A DNA stretch of 64,000 nucleotides, from the NCBI RefSeq assembly GCF_018350175.1, contig NC_058368.1:190466001-190530000 (forward strand), written 5' to 3'. Shown piece by piece: positions 46,840 through 61,539 of this stretch (position 1 is its first letter; each line of letters starts with the position of its first letter). The notes beneath the pieces are model-generated. The model was not told where the DNA came from. It saw only the letters and a list, made by a program, of their open reading frames with translations, and made no database searches. A program made the position numbers and the translations under genes. This DNA comes from Felis catus (taxonomy: Eukaryota).

Positions 46840-47170
46840 TTTTTCTATTGCTTGAGGATTTTGACTATTTAGGATCAGAGGACTTGAGATTCTCCTTTAT
46901 TGGCCAAAGAATATTGGAGCCAAAATAATCAAAGTTTATTCACTTCTACTTTGAAAATTCTCCTGTCTATATTGTAGTCAAGATTTTCAAAATAAGATCT
47001 ATTGCTTCTTTACCATCTGCAGTTTATGGCAAGACAACAACTTTCTCCCTGAATATTTCCTGGTTGGGACCTCTTGAGGATGAAGGTGAGGTCTTGGGAG
47101 AAGAATGAAATGACAGCAAAGACTGAGATACAATGCTATGTTTAAGCAAACCAAATATATACCAATAAAT

Positions 47171-47352
47171 GGGGCACCTGGGTGGCTCAGTCGGTTAAGC
47201 ATCTGGACTCTTGATTTCAGCTCAAGTCATGATCTCATTGTTCATGAGTTCGAGTCCTGAGTCCTGCTCTTCTGCTGAGCATGGAGCCTATTTGGGATTC
47301 TTTTTCTATCTGCCCCTTTCCCACTTGTGCGTGATTTCTCTCTCTCTCTCTC
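47171..47352 (+). mobile_element. CAN-SINE, older, polyA tail absent
   Basis: ggggcacctgggtggctcagtcggttaagc head followed by (CT)n. Confidence 0.9.
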
Positions 47353-48095
47353 CAATATATATTTCCAGTAGAATATTTACAAATACCTTGTCCTGAGAGC
47401 TCCTCATCCCCAGAGGGCAAATAATTAATTGAAGATCGGTCTTAGTGGTTTTTGTCTGATGCTGTTATTTTGATTTGCTTCCAAGCTATTCCCCGTCCAC
47501 CCACCCCCACTTTCAGAAAGATCTACTTTGCAAATATGCTTCACAGGAAAGAATTGAAGGTGAGTTGGGGGTGTGGAAAAGGAGTTAGGCATTTCTGCAC
47601 TGTATAACTTTACTAAATATAATACCAGATTTATAACTCCATCATTTCCTCTTGGGTTTTGTATTTTCCCATTGGGATAACTGATATTTACATACAAAGT
47701 AATTTAAAATAGTTATGACTAGCTTTAAGGCATGCCAGATAATTGCATTTTTTAGGGTCTTTTTTTTTTCTGTCACAAATACGGTGTTTGCCCCACCCCC
47801 TACCCCCCACCCCACTTGCCTTGCTGACAGTATTTCTGCATACATTTTACTTGTTTGCAACAGGTATTTGTTGAAGAATAGATTTGGATAAACACTTTGG
47901 ATAGCTCTCAGCTTTACAAAGGGAGGGGAGATTAAGAGGGCATCCTTGTTCTTAGCTGCCAGCATTTTTATAGGACTCACCTAGCTTCTCTGGTTTCCCC
48001 AGACCATAGTTGTCAAAAAAGGGATTTTGGAACTTCTATTTCAAAATTGACCCTCTTTTGGTGGCAGGGGAGGGGGAATGGCAAAATTAAGTTGT

Positions 48096-48338
48096 TGTTT
48101 TTTTTAAAGGTATTTAATTTTTAAAAAATATTTATTTATTTTTGAGAGAGAGAGTGCGAGTGAGCATGAGCAAGAGAGGGGTAGAGAGAGAGAGAGAGGG
48201 AGACACAGAATCTGAAGGGAGCTCCAAGCTCTGAGCTGTCAGCATAGAACCCAACGTGGGGCTCAAACTCATGAACTGTGAGATCATGACCTGGGCAGAA
48301 GTCAGACACTTAACTGACTGAGTTACCTAGGCACCCCC
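48096..48338 (-). mobile_element. CAN-SINE (SINEC)
   Basis: Antisense body with (GA)n linker. Confidence 0.93.
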
Positions 48339-50189
48339 AAAATTTTAATTTTAAATGGCCAATGTGATATGCAGGAACATTTGGACAGCAACACCGTAAT
48401 TGGATGTTGTAGAGAAATTAAATGGTAATTGACTCCTAATGAGTTTCTAATAACATTGCTGAAGACTCAAAAAGAAAAACTCTTTGCCACTACCACATCT
48501 TTCTTTGAGATTTGTGCATTTATTATCATTTTCCCCTGATCGTTGTTAGCTTTAAATTGGTATTCCGATGACATTATATTTACTGCTCTAAATACTTTTG
48601 ACTAAAAAATTTACAAACCTAGGACCGTAGCTTTGTTTTTGTGTTAAACTTTTGAATCTATTTTCTGTCTTCAAATTTCTTGGGCAGAAAAAAAAGCCTG
48701 GATTATAAGAGAGAGGTGCTATTAAGATGCAACTCCAGACCTGTTGGTTTACCAAACTATGAAAAAGTGACTGGGCATCACTCGATCATTGATCATGTGG
48801 GCTTGTCTGAAGCACATCTTGAGGAGGCAAATGCATTAAAAGAGCCTCATGAATTGCACTGAAAATACCACGAGAACATAGAGTCCTGAGGCTCTGTCCT
48901 CTTTCACCTTCCTGCAGTATTGATGGATCTGCTGTGCATGAGCGTGAGGAGGCGTCTGAGACAGATGATATGCAGGCAGGCTTTTCCGTCCTTGTTGTCA
49001 GTGACCCTATTGTAGCAGGACATTGCAATGCAAATACCAGTAACCATAATAATGTAACATCTTTCTTTTCCTATCTATTTATCTCCTCCTCTAGAACTTA
49101 GTAATGGGATGGGATTTGGGGAGCTGTAATGGACAGGAGATGAGCGTATTTAGCCCTAATACCTTATTACTGCTAGAAACCTAGACCCACCCCTCTCTGA
49201 GTATCCTAGGGCACTTGTGGAATCACTCAGTAGGAGCAACTCATGAGAAAACATAAGCATTGACCAAACAGTGCTCCAAATGTCAGAAATGCTAGGATTT
49301 TATGGATAGAGTAGCTTCCTCAGTTGCTGACTATCTTTTGATCACTGCCTTCTGGGTGCATGCCCACGGTTCCTCTCTCTGCTCCTTGAGGACCAATGGG
49401 CAAGAATTAGAAGGCTGCTTTTGGGTTCTGATAGGCTACTTTTTTATCTGCTAACAAGTGCAAGTATTATGAGCTACTTATGGTAACGAAGACTCTCATG
49501 AATATGAAAAAACTTGCTGAACTATAGTATAAGAGTATACCAAATGCAATCAAAGCACAATTGGAAGGTAATGGTTGGTATTGATATTAATAGCTTGGTT
49601 GTGAGTTTTATAATAGTATCAGCTGTAGAAGTAGAACCCACAACTATCAGAGATGGGTTAAGATAGGATAAAGATTACTAGGATTGGATGTCAAAATATG
49701 TGGCTTTAAATTCATCCCTTAGTCCTTTCTCACATGTGTGATCTTGGGAAATCACATCACATCTCTGGGCTCAGTTAACTCCTTTGTAAAATGAAAGCTT
49801 GCTAGGAGGTAATACCTGCCTCCTCGGGTTCCTGGAAATGAAAAGGGGTCTTTGTGGACTGTGCATCACAATGATAGGGGATCGGACTTCTGGCATTTTT
49901 CTGGGATGGTAAATGTCTTGAAATGCAGGGGACCTTGAAGCACAAAGAAAAATCTCATTTAAAATGTTAATGGCGCTCCAGCTGAGAAACACTGTGATGA
50001 TCTTGACCTGTATTATAACCAGGCTAGTCCATGACTAACAGAGTTCATGAGAAAATGCAGCTAAGGGCAGAAACAAAGCATTGCCAGAGATCTTCTTGAT
50101 TTGTTTTTTCTTTTCTTTTGTTTTAAATAAGGTGCCTTTATAGGAAAAAAGAAAATAACATTTCCAGCCAGTTTTAGAATTCCTCCTAT

Positions 50190-50413
50190 GGGCACCTGGG
50201 TGGCTCAGTTGGTTAAGCATCTGACTTCAGCTCAGGTCATGATCTCATGGTTCACGAGTGTGAACCCCAAGTTGGACTCTGTGCTTACACCTCAGAGCCT
50301 GGAGCCTGGTTCTGATTCTGTGTCTCCCTCTCTCTCTCTGCCCCTCCCCTGCTTGTGCGCGCGTGCTCTCTCTCTCTCTCTCACACACACAAAACAAATA
50401 AAAACATTTTAAA
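50190..50413 (+). mobile_element. CAN-SINE (SINEC)
   Basis: Perfect TSD AGAATTCCTCCTA at 50176 and 50414. Confidence 0.94.
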
Positions 50414-51965
50414 AGAATTCCTCCTAGATCATGCTGCCCTCTAGGACATTTGTAAATCTTCTTTTCATATTTTTTGTTACATTTTTCAAGAAGCACTTGA
50501 GGTATTTCATGAGATACATGAGGTAACCACAGTAAAACACAAAGTGTTCCCATTTTCCTTAGCCTGTCACTGCCTTGTGTGCGGATGCTGCCCAAGCTGG
50601 GTGGAATGAGAAGTCCAATGTGAATACAGACTCCTGCTTCTATGCGTGGCTCAGATTAAATTCTCTGGAACAAAATCAAATAATCCTATGTGAAAACAGT
50701 CACCTTGGTCCCAAAATGATGGGAGAGAAATGCTCATTTTCCTGGAGGAATTGGGCAGATAAAAGCTCAGGAATCAGCACAGGAGTGGTTTTGCAGAAAG
50801 TCCAATTTCCTCATTTTAACTTGAGGGTATCGGACTTACCTGAGATCACACAGCAAGTTCATGGCCAAACCAGCCCCAGAGGTAATGGTAGGCTGAGTAC
50901 CCTGGTTTTTCACTAGACGTTCCCTACTCCTTCCTTCTTAGCAAAGTCTGATTGTAGGCGAGATTTTAACAGCAAAGATCAAAGTGTAAAGAAACTGTCT
51001 GCCCACCAACCAGCCAGCATTTAGTGTACTAGCAATTTGCTTTTCCCTGGGACCAGGGGATACCAAACGGCCTTGACTTGGTCTTCTTTCGGCAGACTTG
51101 ATGAAAGCTATTGTAATGGTCAGGATTTCTGTTGTAAGTGGCAGAAACTCAATCAGCTTAAATAATAAGGATGTATTGGCTTGTAATGAGTAAGAATGAA
51201 AGGTGTTAGGAGATGCAGGGCTCAGGGAAATCCATCATCACTCCCCACCTTGTCGGTTTCTCTCATCACTGCCTCTCCCCTACCAAAGGTGGACTATTTG
51301 TTTGTATCTAACTGTGTACATTTGGTAGGGATGTTCGTAATCCTAGACTTAGAATCTTTTAGTACCGTCACAGCAAAAAGACAAGAGATGACCTTTTTCA
51401 CTGGTTCCAGCAGATGTCCCTGGAGGAAAGTTTATGTTAGGGTCATGTTCTATCCCTGAACCAACTGCTGTCCCCTTGCAACTAGGGTTCTTCTCTCACT
51501 GGCTGAGAGGCTTGAGTGGTACCTCAGAGGTTAGGGGACAAGTTGGGGATAGTTCATGTTTTCATAACCATGGGGAAAATGTTGTCATCCAAAGCCTTAA
51601 GTATACACAGTATAATCAAGGGCTGCGTATGTAACATAGGAGATACGGCTGGAGTTCAAAAATACAGAGTAAGGTATAAGCTGGGGAAAGCTTTATGGAG
51701 GGTGCAGGACTTGAGCCAAATTGGAAGGTTCAGAAGGGAAGGTGAAGGGATTGAAAGAGTAGGATTATATAAGGGTAAATTAGGGGACAGATCTAATGGG
51801 GTGGACAGTTATCAAAGAGGACACCTGGTCTTACACAGTATTTATATGTTTCCTATGTTTCTCCTGAGCACACAGGAGATGTTCAGTAATTCTTGTTGGG
51901 TTAAAGCTGATTGGCTACCATCATTGGCTACCTCGTACAGAGGTGAGTGCCACAACCTTCAAACT

Positions 51966-52182
51966 CAGGGGTCAGCACATTTTTCCTGTAAAGGGCCAGA
52001 TAGTAAATATTTTTGGGTTTGTGGGCCATACAGTCTCTGTCTCAGCCACTGAACTCTGCTGTTGTAGTGTGAGAGCAGCCATAGGCTATATGTAAACAAA
52101 TGAGTGCAATAAAATGGTATTTACAAAAAAGGCAATGCAGTGCACCAGGATCAGCTTACAGGCTGCAATTAGATAATCCCTG
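51966..52182. mobile_element. MER58A-like hAT-Charlie MITE
   Basis: caggggtcagcacatttttcctgtaaagggccagatagtaaatattt...ccctg with CAGGG/CCCTG termini. Confidence 0.88.
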
Positions 52183-52812
52183 TTCTCCCTTCTCTACTTC
52201 CACTCTTCCCAATCTCCAAGCCAATTCTTCACAAGAGCAGCCAGAGTCATCTTTTTCAAGGTATATTCAGAACCCATCACTCCTTTTGTAACTAAGATGT
52301 GCGGCGGCTGTCATATTTGTCTCGGATAAAAGGCCAACGTTTTCCAAGCGCCCAAAGCTATGCTGGTCTGGCCCCTGACTATATCTGCCCCTCTCCCTCC
52401 TCAAGGATGTGCACCAGCCATTTTGGTCATCTTCTGTCCCTGGGATTTAAATGACACAATCCTGCTTCAGGGCATGTGTATATCCAGGAACTTCACTATG
52501 GATTATTCTTGTCTTGTTCTTTTTTCTTTGGTTCTTAGCTAGATAGAACTTGTTCATAGAGGCCATCTGTAATCATCTTGTCTAAATTGGGCAAAGCCCC
52601 TCACCACTGTCTATCTCAACACTACTTGCTTTTTTTTCAGAACACCTATCACAGTGTGTAATTCTTCACTCATTTGCTTACTTCTTGTCTGGTCTTCTAC
52701 TAGACGGCAAGCTCAGAGTTAGGGACCATATCTATTCTGTTCAACATTTTGTCCTCAAGTCCTGGAAAAGTCCCAGGTATACAGTAGAGTTCTATAAATG
52801 TCTGTGGATGAT
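52183..52812 (+). mobile_element. LINE-2 3' remnant
   Basis: cagccagagtcatcttt...actagacggcaagctc...ggtatacagtagagttctataaatgtctgtggatga. Confidence 0.65.
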
Positions 52813-54049
52813 TTAATCCGCAGTCTTCTGATTGTTCAGGATTTTGTTCCTTACCTCAATCTCACTCGACTTCAGATTCAAATTATGAGCTGTTTATATC
52901 ACAAAAACCAGACTGCCCTGAGCTTCTAATTCTCCTGCCAGCTGGTCTCCTTTCTCAGCAACTTGGGTTTATTTTCAAGCGTATGATATATTTCAAAGGC
53001 ACAGAAAAAGAGCCATGTGCCTACCCCCAGATGCTAATATTTCCATGTTTATTTCAGATTCATTCTGTGTTATCAACATTTTAAGTTAATTTAAAAATTT
53101 TAAACACTTTAAAATTAAATGCAAATTTTTAAAAAGCAACTTATATTTTTCTCAGACTGTTTCCTGCAGTGGGAATGGTTTCTGAGAAAATCCTGGGCGA
53201 GTGAGGATGGCATCTTTTTTAGCACATGTTCCCTGGGCCAGGGAGAACTCTCTTCTATCTTTAGCATAACAATTTATTACCTTCTGCCCACTTCCCCAAA
53301 AAGAATACAAAGCCAGATCATCACAAGGCACAGTTCCCTACTTTTGGATAGTTTTTTATTTTATTGTCCACGAAGCTGCTTGCCAAAATCCTATGCTAAG
53401 GAAATAGATCGATATCAAGAAAAAAACTTAACTGAGTCTTCTTACAGGCAAGCTGGAAAAAGCCGGGCCATCTTTGAAAGGTCTCATAAAAACACACCCA
53501 CGCTTGAGAAGACAAACTGTTTCCTTTTTTAACATAAAAGACAACATCTATTTGTCCATCTCCCGTGTTTACGGAGTTTTCTCCAACATCTCCACCCCTA
53601 GCCCCCTGTCTGTCCGTTTCCTTCCTGCCTCCTTTCCCTCGACGCTCATCTTCGAGGCAACTGTCTGGTTAAAGCTCTGGGATCTGCTTCGGCTCCTTCC
53701 TCAGCTCTGGGTGTGAGAAAGAGGAAAAGCCTGATGTTGTGGAAGAGGTGGGTTGCTGTAAGGTGCCTGATTTCACCGCAGGAGGTGCTTTTCAGACGTT
53801 AAATCCTTAAAAGGCACAAAGCCTGCCTGATCCCCAAGAGGTCAATATTTAACATCCTCCTCATTTTCACAGCTGGCCGAGTAAACTACAGAGCAGCTGT
53901 GATTCTTGCATCTTCAGAGCTGCCATCCAAGATTTTTGATAAACCTCAGGCTGTCCGTCTTAAGGAGGCTGCCTGGGAAATAGATGGTCCTCTGTGGGGG
54001 GGAAGAAAACCCTTCCATCCCAGGAAGTCTTACAGAGGACCTCCGTATA

Positions 54050-54228
54050 ACACAGTGACGATGAGCTGGGTTCAAATCCCACCGCAGCCAATTGCTAGCT
54101 GGGTGACTCTGCGCCAGTTACTTCACCTCTCTGTGCTTTCCGTTTCCTCTTCTGTATATTAGGAGAGAGCACATACGAAATGCTCAGCACAGTGCCTGGC
54201 ATACGGAAAGCCTTGATGAATGGTAACT
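54050..54228 (+). mobile_element. MIR SINE
   Basis: ctgggttcaaatccc...ctagctgggtgactctgcgccagttacttcacctctctgtgc...cagcacagtgcctggcatac. Confidence 0.8.
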
Positions 54229-55454
54229 GTGACTTGACACCCATGGAAGGGAAGCTGTTTCGTGTGGAGCCCTGCCTGCTGTTTCTCCCCACTGCCCACT
54301 ACTTCTCCTGAGGTATTTTCACAGAATGCCTAGGACTTTGTAGAGCACATTGTAGAGCACAGAATGCCCCGGACTTGCTGGTTTTCCTCTGGGGGTTTTT
54401 GGATTTCTTGGTCTGCTGCAGACTAACAGCCTTGTCCTTCCACGATAAAATTTAAGATGAAATTAATGAAGCTGCTGCCCCACGATTCTCAGGAATCAAT
54501 AGCCGTGGCTCCAGAACAGAGCCAAGCCTTCCTCATGGCTCTGAATCAACCTTTCCTTCCTGGGTGGAATGGGGGTGGACTGGCCAACAATTCTGGCTGG
54601 CCCACTGTTGTTCAGGTCCTAATGAGGCTGCTCTGGGACCCTCTTGTCTTCCACAGTGTTACTTCGGGGTCTCCTGGGTATGTTGGATGGTGGAGGCCCT
54701 CAGCTGGTTCCACTTGGGTTGCAGATTGGCAGAGAACCTCCTTTCCTGAGAGGTGATGAGATTACCTTTTTTGCAAACTCATCGTTGTTAGGACATCAGA
54801 TGGTGCAGATTTTCTCACAGGTGTCCTTGGAGTTTAAAACATCCCATCCACCACCTCGGCCCCTTTGTCTCCTCCTTGCTCTTCATGCAAGTCCATACTC
54901 TTTGCCTCCTATCCCCTGGCAAGTTGACAGCACCATCTAACTTCTTGCTTTCCTCTCCTGGTTTACTGTCTGTTTTTGACAATCTGGCTTCAATCACAGG
55001 CAGCCTCAGAGGGGCCTATCCATCAACCTGCACCACTGCCTGGCGACTCTCTGTGGCACAGGGCTGTTCAGTTTCCGCCTGACCCGCCAGGTTGACCTTT
55101 TTTTCTTCTCAAAGTTTTTCCCTGCCACACTGCTGTTCTGCCCTTCGTCACCTGACCCTGCCACCTTGGATTGTTGACATCCCTAATCCCCTGGGATTGT
55201 TGACATCCCTTCCTTTAAGGAAGCCAAAGTGTCCCGATGTTTCTGAAAGTTGATTTGCATGAATGGGCACAATGGGAACGCTGAACTATAAGATAACAGT
55301 AATAATGACTATATGTATAGAGGTCTCTCCCGCCAGTTCCTAACGCAGAGCTCCCCAAACCCTTATAACTAGGGGCCATGAGAATGTTTTGTGCTAACAT
55401 TTAGTCTTTGACCCCAGTTCCTGATGCAGACCTGCTAAAACACTTAGAATTTTG

Positions 55455-56290
55455 TAAGTGAGAAGAGGACCAGGAGTGTCATTTGTTCTAATATTTGGTC
55501 TTTGATCCAGGTTCCTGACATAGGGCTCCTAATTCCTTGGAACTTCCTGGTTGGTAGCAGAGTCTTTTGTTCTAAGGAGGTGACTGTGCTCCCAAAAGGG
55601 GGCTGGTTACTGGAAAGATCAAGCCAGAATTAGACGCTTGGAATTTTCAGCCCTAACTGCCATTCTCCAGGGAAGAAAGAGGGGTTTGAAATGGAGTTGA
55701 TAATTGATTGTGCTTCCATGAGAAATCTTTCATAAAAATCCCAATAGTACAGGTTCAGGGAGCTTCTGGGTTGGTAAACACATCTACATGCTGGAGGGTA
55801 GCACACCTCAACCCCACAGGGACAGAAGCTCCGGTGCTCAGGACCCTTCTGGACCTTGCCATATCAATTTCTTCATGTCACTGTTCATCTGTAATCTTTA
55901 TCATATCCTTAATTATATAATAGACCAGGAAGTGCAGGTAAGTTTTCCCTGAGTTCTGTGAGATGTTCTAACAAATAATGGAATCCAAGGTGGGCGAGTG
56001 GTCACGGGAACCTCTGATTTGTAGCCACGTCAGACCAAAGCTGTGGGTAACCTGGGACATATTATTTGAGATTGGCATCTGAAGTGAGAGACAGTCTCTG
56101 GGGACAGATCCCTTGACCTTGGAGTGTGTGTTAACTTCAGTTAGTATTAGAATTGTGTTACAGGACACTCAGCTGGTGTCACGGAGAATTGTTTGATGTG
56201 TGGAAAATCCATCTATCTGGTGTTCGAACTATTGTGAGTGTGGAGGGTAGTGGGAGAGTAAGGGAGACACACAGGAGTGTTTTTCTCACA
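55455..56290 (+). mobile_element. ERVL solo LTR (MER21-like)
   Basis: ggttcctgacatagggctcctaattccttggaacttcctg...ttttccctgagttctgtgag...caggacactcagctggtgtc. Confidence 0.75.
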
Positions 56291-57119
56291 CACAGACTTT
56301 CTGCGTTTCTTAAATTCTTTCAGGCTCATTTGACAGATTGAGCTATTTCCTATGAAGCGATCCACCACCCTGCTCTAACACAGTGTCTGATGGTTGAGAG
56401 TAGGTCCTAAGAATTCTTATTCATCTTAGAGTTTTGGAGAAGAAAACCTTATTCTCAGGAGATTTTTGACAACTCTTCTCGGTACACAAATCTTTACCTC
56501 AAGTTGTAATTTCTCCCCATACGATATGGGTAAAGAACAAGTTCTAGGTTGAAGAACAGGGCACTTGTTCAAAGGTCAGTGTCTAGTTTTAGATCTACCA
56601 CTTAGTCAACAGGAGACTCCACAAAAGTCCTTTTTCTTCCCTGGGCTTAGTTGCTTCATTCATAGAATGAGAATTACTGAGGCTCAAAGGGGGTTGTGAG
56701 GATTGAATTTGATGGTGTACTTAGAGCAGTGTCTGGTATTCGGTAGAAACTCAACAAATGTTTTTCAACAGTCTATATTTATTTAAAGAGACGATTGAAT
56801 ACGATGATTTTTAAGTAGGACATCTGAGCTCCATTTAGTGATGGGTTAATTTAGCTTTTTTTGTTTTGGGGGAATAAGTCTAAAGAATAACAGCAAAAGT
56901 CTTTCTCATCAACCAGAATTAACATTATTGTTTTGATGGTTGACATCTCAACATGCATTCTACATAAAATTACGTGTCTGAGGCAGTCATACTGATCTCA
57001 ATCCCCTTGCCAGTGTTTAATTTAGGGATGAGTATATTTGGTTTGAGAATTGAGTGAATACTGCAACAGTGGCCATGAAAGCATGAGGGTAAACTTGTTT
57101 GGGGAATTCTAGAAAGGTT

Positions 57120-57410
57120 TCCTAACTTAGAAGATATTTACCCTTTCTGCTTCTGTCATGACTGTATCTTGATGTGATACCTGGAGATGTGGCAGCCATC
57201 TTGCTGGCTGTAAAGGGGATCAGCCTGAGGGGCAAAGCCACCACACTCAGAATGGCAAAACAAACAGAGAACAAACCTGTTTTTTCGATGATGCTGTCAA
57301 ACTACAAAGTTAATCAACCCTAAAAGTAACTCTGCTTTTGAATTTTCTGTTAAATCAGTTAAACCATTTGAGTCACATTATTTGCAGCCAAAAGCATCTA
57401 TTTGTTACAA
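57120..57410 (+). mobile_element. Old MaLR LTR remnant
   Basis: gatgtgatacctggagatgtggcagccatcttg...atttgcagccaaaagcatc. Confidence 0.6.
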
Positions 57411-59579
57411 TAATTACTAACATGTTCTCTATCTATCCCTGCACTAAATTATACATTGTGTTAATTAATATGGCTTAACTGTAAGTCCTGATACCTGGTA
57501 GGGATAGTCTTTTTATTCTTTTTGGTTATACTTGGTTCATTGCTTCTTCATATAAATTTAAGATTCAGCTTTTCCATTTATACATGAACGTGTGCATGCA
57601 CACACAAACACAAACAGACACACAAACACACACACTTTTAAAAAGCAACAATAACAACTAGAACATTAACAACAGCCCTGTCTGGACAATTTGGAGGAGA
57701 ACTGATACTGTGATAATATATCATGTTTATAGTATCTTGATAATAAAATATATCAGGTTTATAGTATTTATATATACATAAATGTATGCATATATGTATA
57801 TATATATAAATTAAATTGAAGTCTTTAATGTTTTATAGCTTGAGTTTTCAGAAAATGTATATATAAACAACACATTTGCTGTGAATTTTATTAGTTCTTC
57901 CTAGACCATCTTTATAATATATATACAACATAAATATATACACACACTATATATTATATATAGTATAGTGTGTATATATGGTATACATATGTAGTATATA
58001 AACATTTTCTTTGGAAAATTTATAGAAAAGTTCCAAAATTAAAAAAGTACAAGTATGCTTACATATAGTTGTATAATAGAGAAATTGGCTGATAAGACTA
58101 TCAGGGGATTCCTAGTGAAAACTTTAAGGCCTGTCGAGAGGGTGATGATACATTCAAAGTGCTAAAAGAAAAAAAAAACTGCCAATCAGGATGCTTTGCC
58201 TGGCAAAGTTGTCCTTCAAAAACTGAGGGAGCCATCACCTCTAGACTTCTCTTGCAAGAAATAGTGAAAGGAGTTTTCAAGCTGAAACACAAATATGCTA
58301 ATAAGGAACATGAAAACATGAAAATATGCAACACCCTGGTAAAGATGAGCATTTAGTCAGAATCAGAATACTCCAATACTGTAATATTGTGGTGTTAATT
58401 ATGTTACTCTAGTATAAAGGTTAAAGGATAAATGTATTAAAAACAGCTATAGATACAACGACTTGTTACTGGATACACAATATAAAGATAGAAATTATGA
58501 CATTAAAAAAAATGGAAGAAGAGTTAAAGAATACAGTTTTTGTATGTAGCCAAGGTTTTCAACTTAGAGTAGATTGTTATAGCTATGAGGTATTTTAAGT
58601 AAGCTCAGGGTAATCACACAACATGAACCTATAAGAAATACACCCAAGATAGAGAAGAGAATCAAAATACACTACGGAAAATCATCAACTCACAAAGGAA
58701 GACAGCATGAGAAGAAGAAAGGAACAAAGGGAATACAACAGCTAGAAAATAAGATGACAGTATCGAGTCCCTTACCTATCAATAATTAAGAGATTAGTGG
58801 ATTAAATCCTCCAATCAGAAGGCATAGATAGAGTGGCTGAATGGATTTTAAAAAAAGGCCCAATTTAATTATCAAGAGAATATAACAGTTGTAAATATAT
58901 ATGCACCCAAATCAGAGCACGTAAATATATTAAATACTAATTGATATGAAGGGAGAGGTGGCAACATAATAATAGGGACTTCCATACCCTGTTTTCGACA
59001 ATGGGTAGATCCAACAGAAAATCAGGAAACCATGGACTTGAAGCATACTTTAGACCAAATGGATCTGAGAGACCTACAGAACGTTCCATCTAACAGCAGA
59101 ATACACATTCTTCTCAAGCACACGCAGAACATTCTCCAAGAGACATCATATTTTAGGTCACAAATAAGTCTTAGCAAATTTAAAAAGATTGAAACCATAC
59201 CAAGTATCTTTTGCCACCACAATGGTATGAAACTAAAAATCAGTAATAGAAAACCTGGAAAATTCACAAATATGTGGGAAGTACACAACACACTCCTAAA
59301 AAACTAACGGGTCAAAGATAAAATCAAAAGGAAAATAAAAAAATCTCTTGAAACAAAGATGGAAACACAACATATCAAAATTTGTGACATGCCTGAAAAG
59401 CACTGCTAAGAAAGAAATTTATAGAGATAAAAGCCTAAGTTAAAAAAAAAAAAGAATGAAAATAAGCAACCTAACTTCACACCTCACAAAGTATCAACTG
59501 AGACCAAAGTTAGCAGAAAGGAGATAACAAAGATCAGAGCAGCAATAGAGAATGGAAACACAATAGACAAGATCAACAA

Positions 59580-59791
59580 GGGGAGCCTGGGTGGCTCATT
59601 CAGTTAAGCATCCGACTTCAGCTCAGGTCATGATCTCATGGTTTGTGGGTTCAAGCCCCACATCAGGCACTTTGCTGACAGCTCGGCGCCGGCAGCCTGC
59701 TTCACATTCTGTGTCTCCCTCTCTCTCTTCCTCTACCCTGTTTGTGCTCTGTCTCTTTCAAAAATAAACATTAAAGAAACTTTTTTAAAAA
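59580..59791 (+). mobile_element. CAN-SINE nested in L1
   Basis: SINEC body flanked by atcaacaa repeats. Confidence 0.92.
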
Positions 59792-61310
59792 ATCAACAAA
59801 ACTACAAGGTTTTTTTTTGTTTGTTTGTTTTTAAAGATAAAATCAATAAACCTTTACCTAGGCTTATCAAGAAAAAAAGTATAAATGAAATAGAGATTAC
59901 AGCAGATAATACAAATATAAAGAATCATAATAGACCACTGTGAATAATTATGTGACAACAGATTGGGCCACCAATAAGAAATGGATACATTCCTAGAAAA
60001 ATATAACCTAGCAAGACCGAGGCATGAAAACATAGAGAATCTTGATAGACCAATTACTAGTAAGGAGATTGAATGAGAAATCAAAAATCTCCCAACACAA
60101 AGAAGCCCAGGGTCACATGACTTCATGGGTGAATTCTACCAAACATTTAAAGAAGAGTGAATGCCAATTCATTTCAAACTCTTCCAAAAAATCAAAGAGA
60201 GAACTCCCAAATTCATTTTAGGAGGCCAGCATTCTCCTGATACCAATGCCAGATAAGGACATTACCAAAAAAATAAAATAAAATAAAAGTACAGCTCAAT
60301 ATCCCTGATGAATATAGATACAAAAAAATCTTAATACTAGCAAACCTAGTTCAACAGCCGATTAAAAGGATAATACACCATGATGAAATGTGATTTGTTT
60401 CTGGGATGCAAGGATAGTTCAAAATATGCCAATCAATAAATGTGATATATTCCATTAATAGAATGAAATATAAAAATCCTAGGATTGTCTCAATAGATGC
60501 AAAAAAGCATTTGACTAAATTCAACATTTTTTCCTGATAAAAACTCATAACAAATTGAGTATGGAAGGAATATACATCAATCTAATAAAGGTTACATATG
60601 AAAAAGCCACGGCTAGCATCATACTCAATGGTGAAAGCTTGAAAGCACTTCCTCTAAGGTCAGGAATAAGGTGAGGATGCCTCTTACCACTCCTATTGAA
60701 CATAATATTGGAAGTCCTAGCCAGAGCAAGATGACATGGTGATGACATGATCTGGTATATGGAAAAATCCTAGAGACTCCACCAAAACCCTGTTAGAACT
60801 AAAAGTGCATTCAGTGAAGTTCCAGGATATAAAAAGCAGATGCATTTTTATATGCTAACAGTGAACTATCTGAAAAAGAAACTTAATAACCCTATTTACA
60901 GTAGCATCAAAAACAATAACACATTTAGGAATAAATTTAACCAAGGAAGTTAAAGGTCTGCAGACTAAGACATCAGTGAAAGAAATGGATGATACAGATA
61001 AATGGAAAGATACCCATGTTCATGGATCAGAAGAGTTAATATCATTAAAATGCTCCTATGATCTGTGAGCTATAGAGTCAATGTAGTTCCTGTCAAATTT
61101 CCAATGGCACTTTTACAGAATTAGAAAAACAATCCTAAAATTCTTATGAAACCACAAAAGACCCCCAAAAGCCAAAGCAGCCTTGTGAAAGAACAAAGAA
61201 ACCTTATGAGAAACAACAAAGCTGGAGGCATCATGCTTCTTGATTTCAAACCGTACCACAAAGCTATAAGTGACCAAACAGTATGGTGTTGGCATAAAAA
61301 CAAATAAACC

Positions 61311-61539
61311 GGGGCGCCTGGGTGGTGCAGTCGGTTAAGCGTCCGACTTCAACCAGGTCACGATCTCGCGGTCCGTGAGTTTGAGCCCCGCGTCAGGCTC
61401 TGGGCTGATGGCTCAGAGCCTGGAGCCTGTTTCCGATTCTGTGTCTCCCTCTCTCTCTCTGCCCCTCCCCCGTTTATGCTCTGTCTCTCTCTGTCCCAAA
61501 AATAAATAAACGTTGAAAAAAAAATTAAAAAAAAAAAAC
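61311..61539 (+). mobile_element. Young feline SINEC_Fc-type CAN-SINE nested in L1
   Basis: Same diagnostic body as 4823 and 21319. TSD AACAAATAAACC at 61299 and 61540. Confidence 0.96.

Noticed and set aside
51516..52052. 178-aa ORF, the longest in the window
   Set aside because: Starts at GTG, runs into a MER58A MITE, and shows no recognisable homology.
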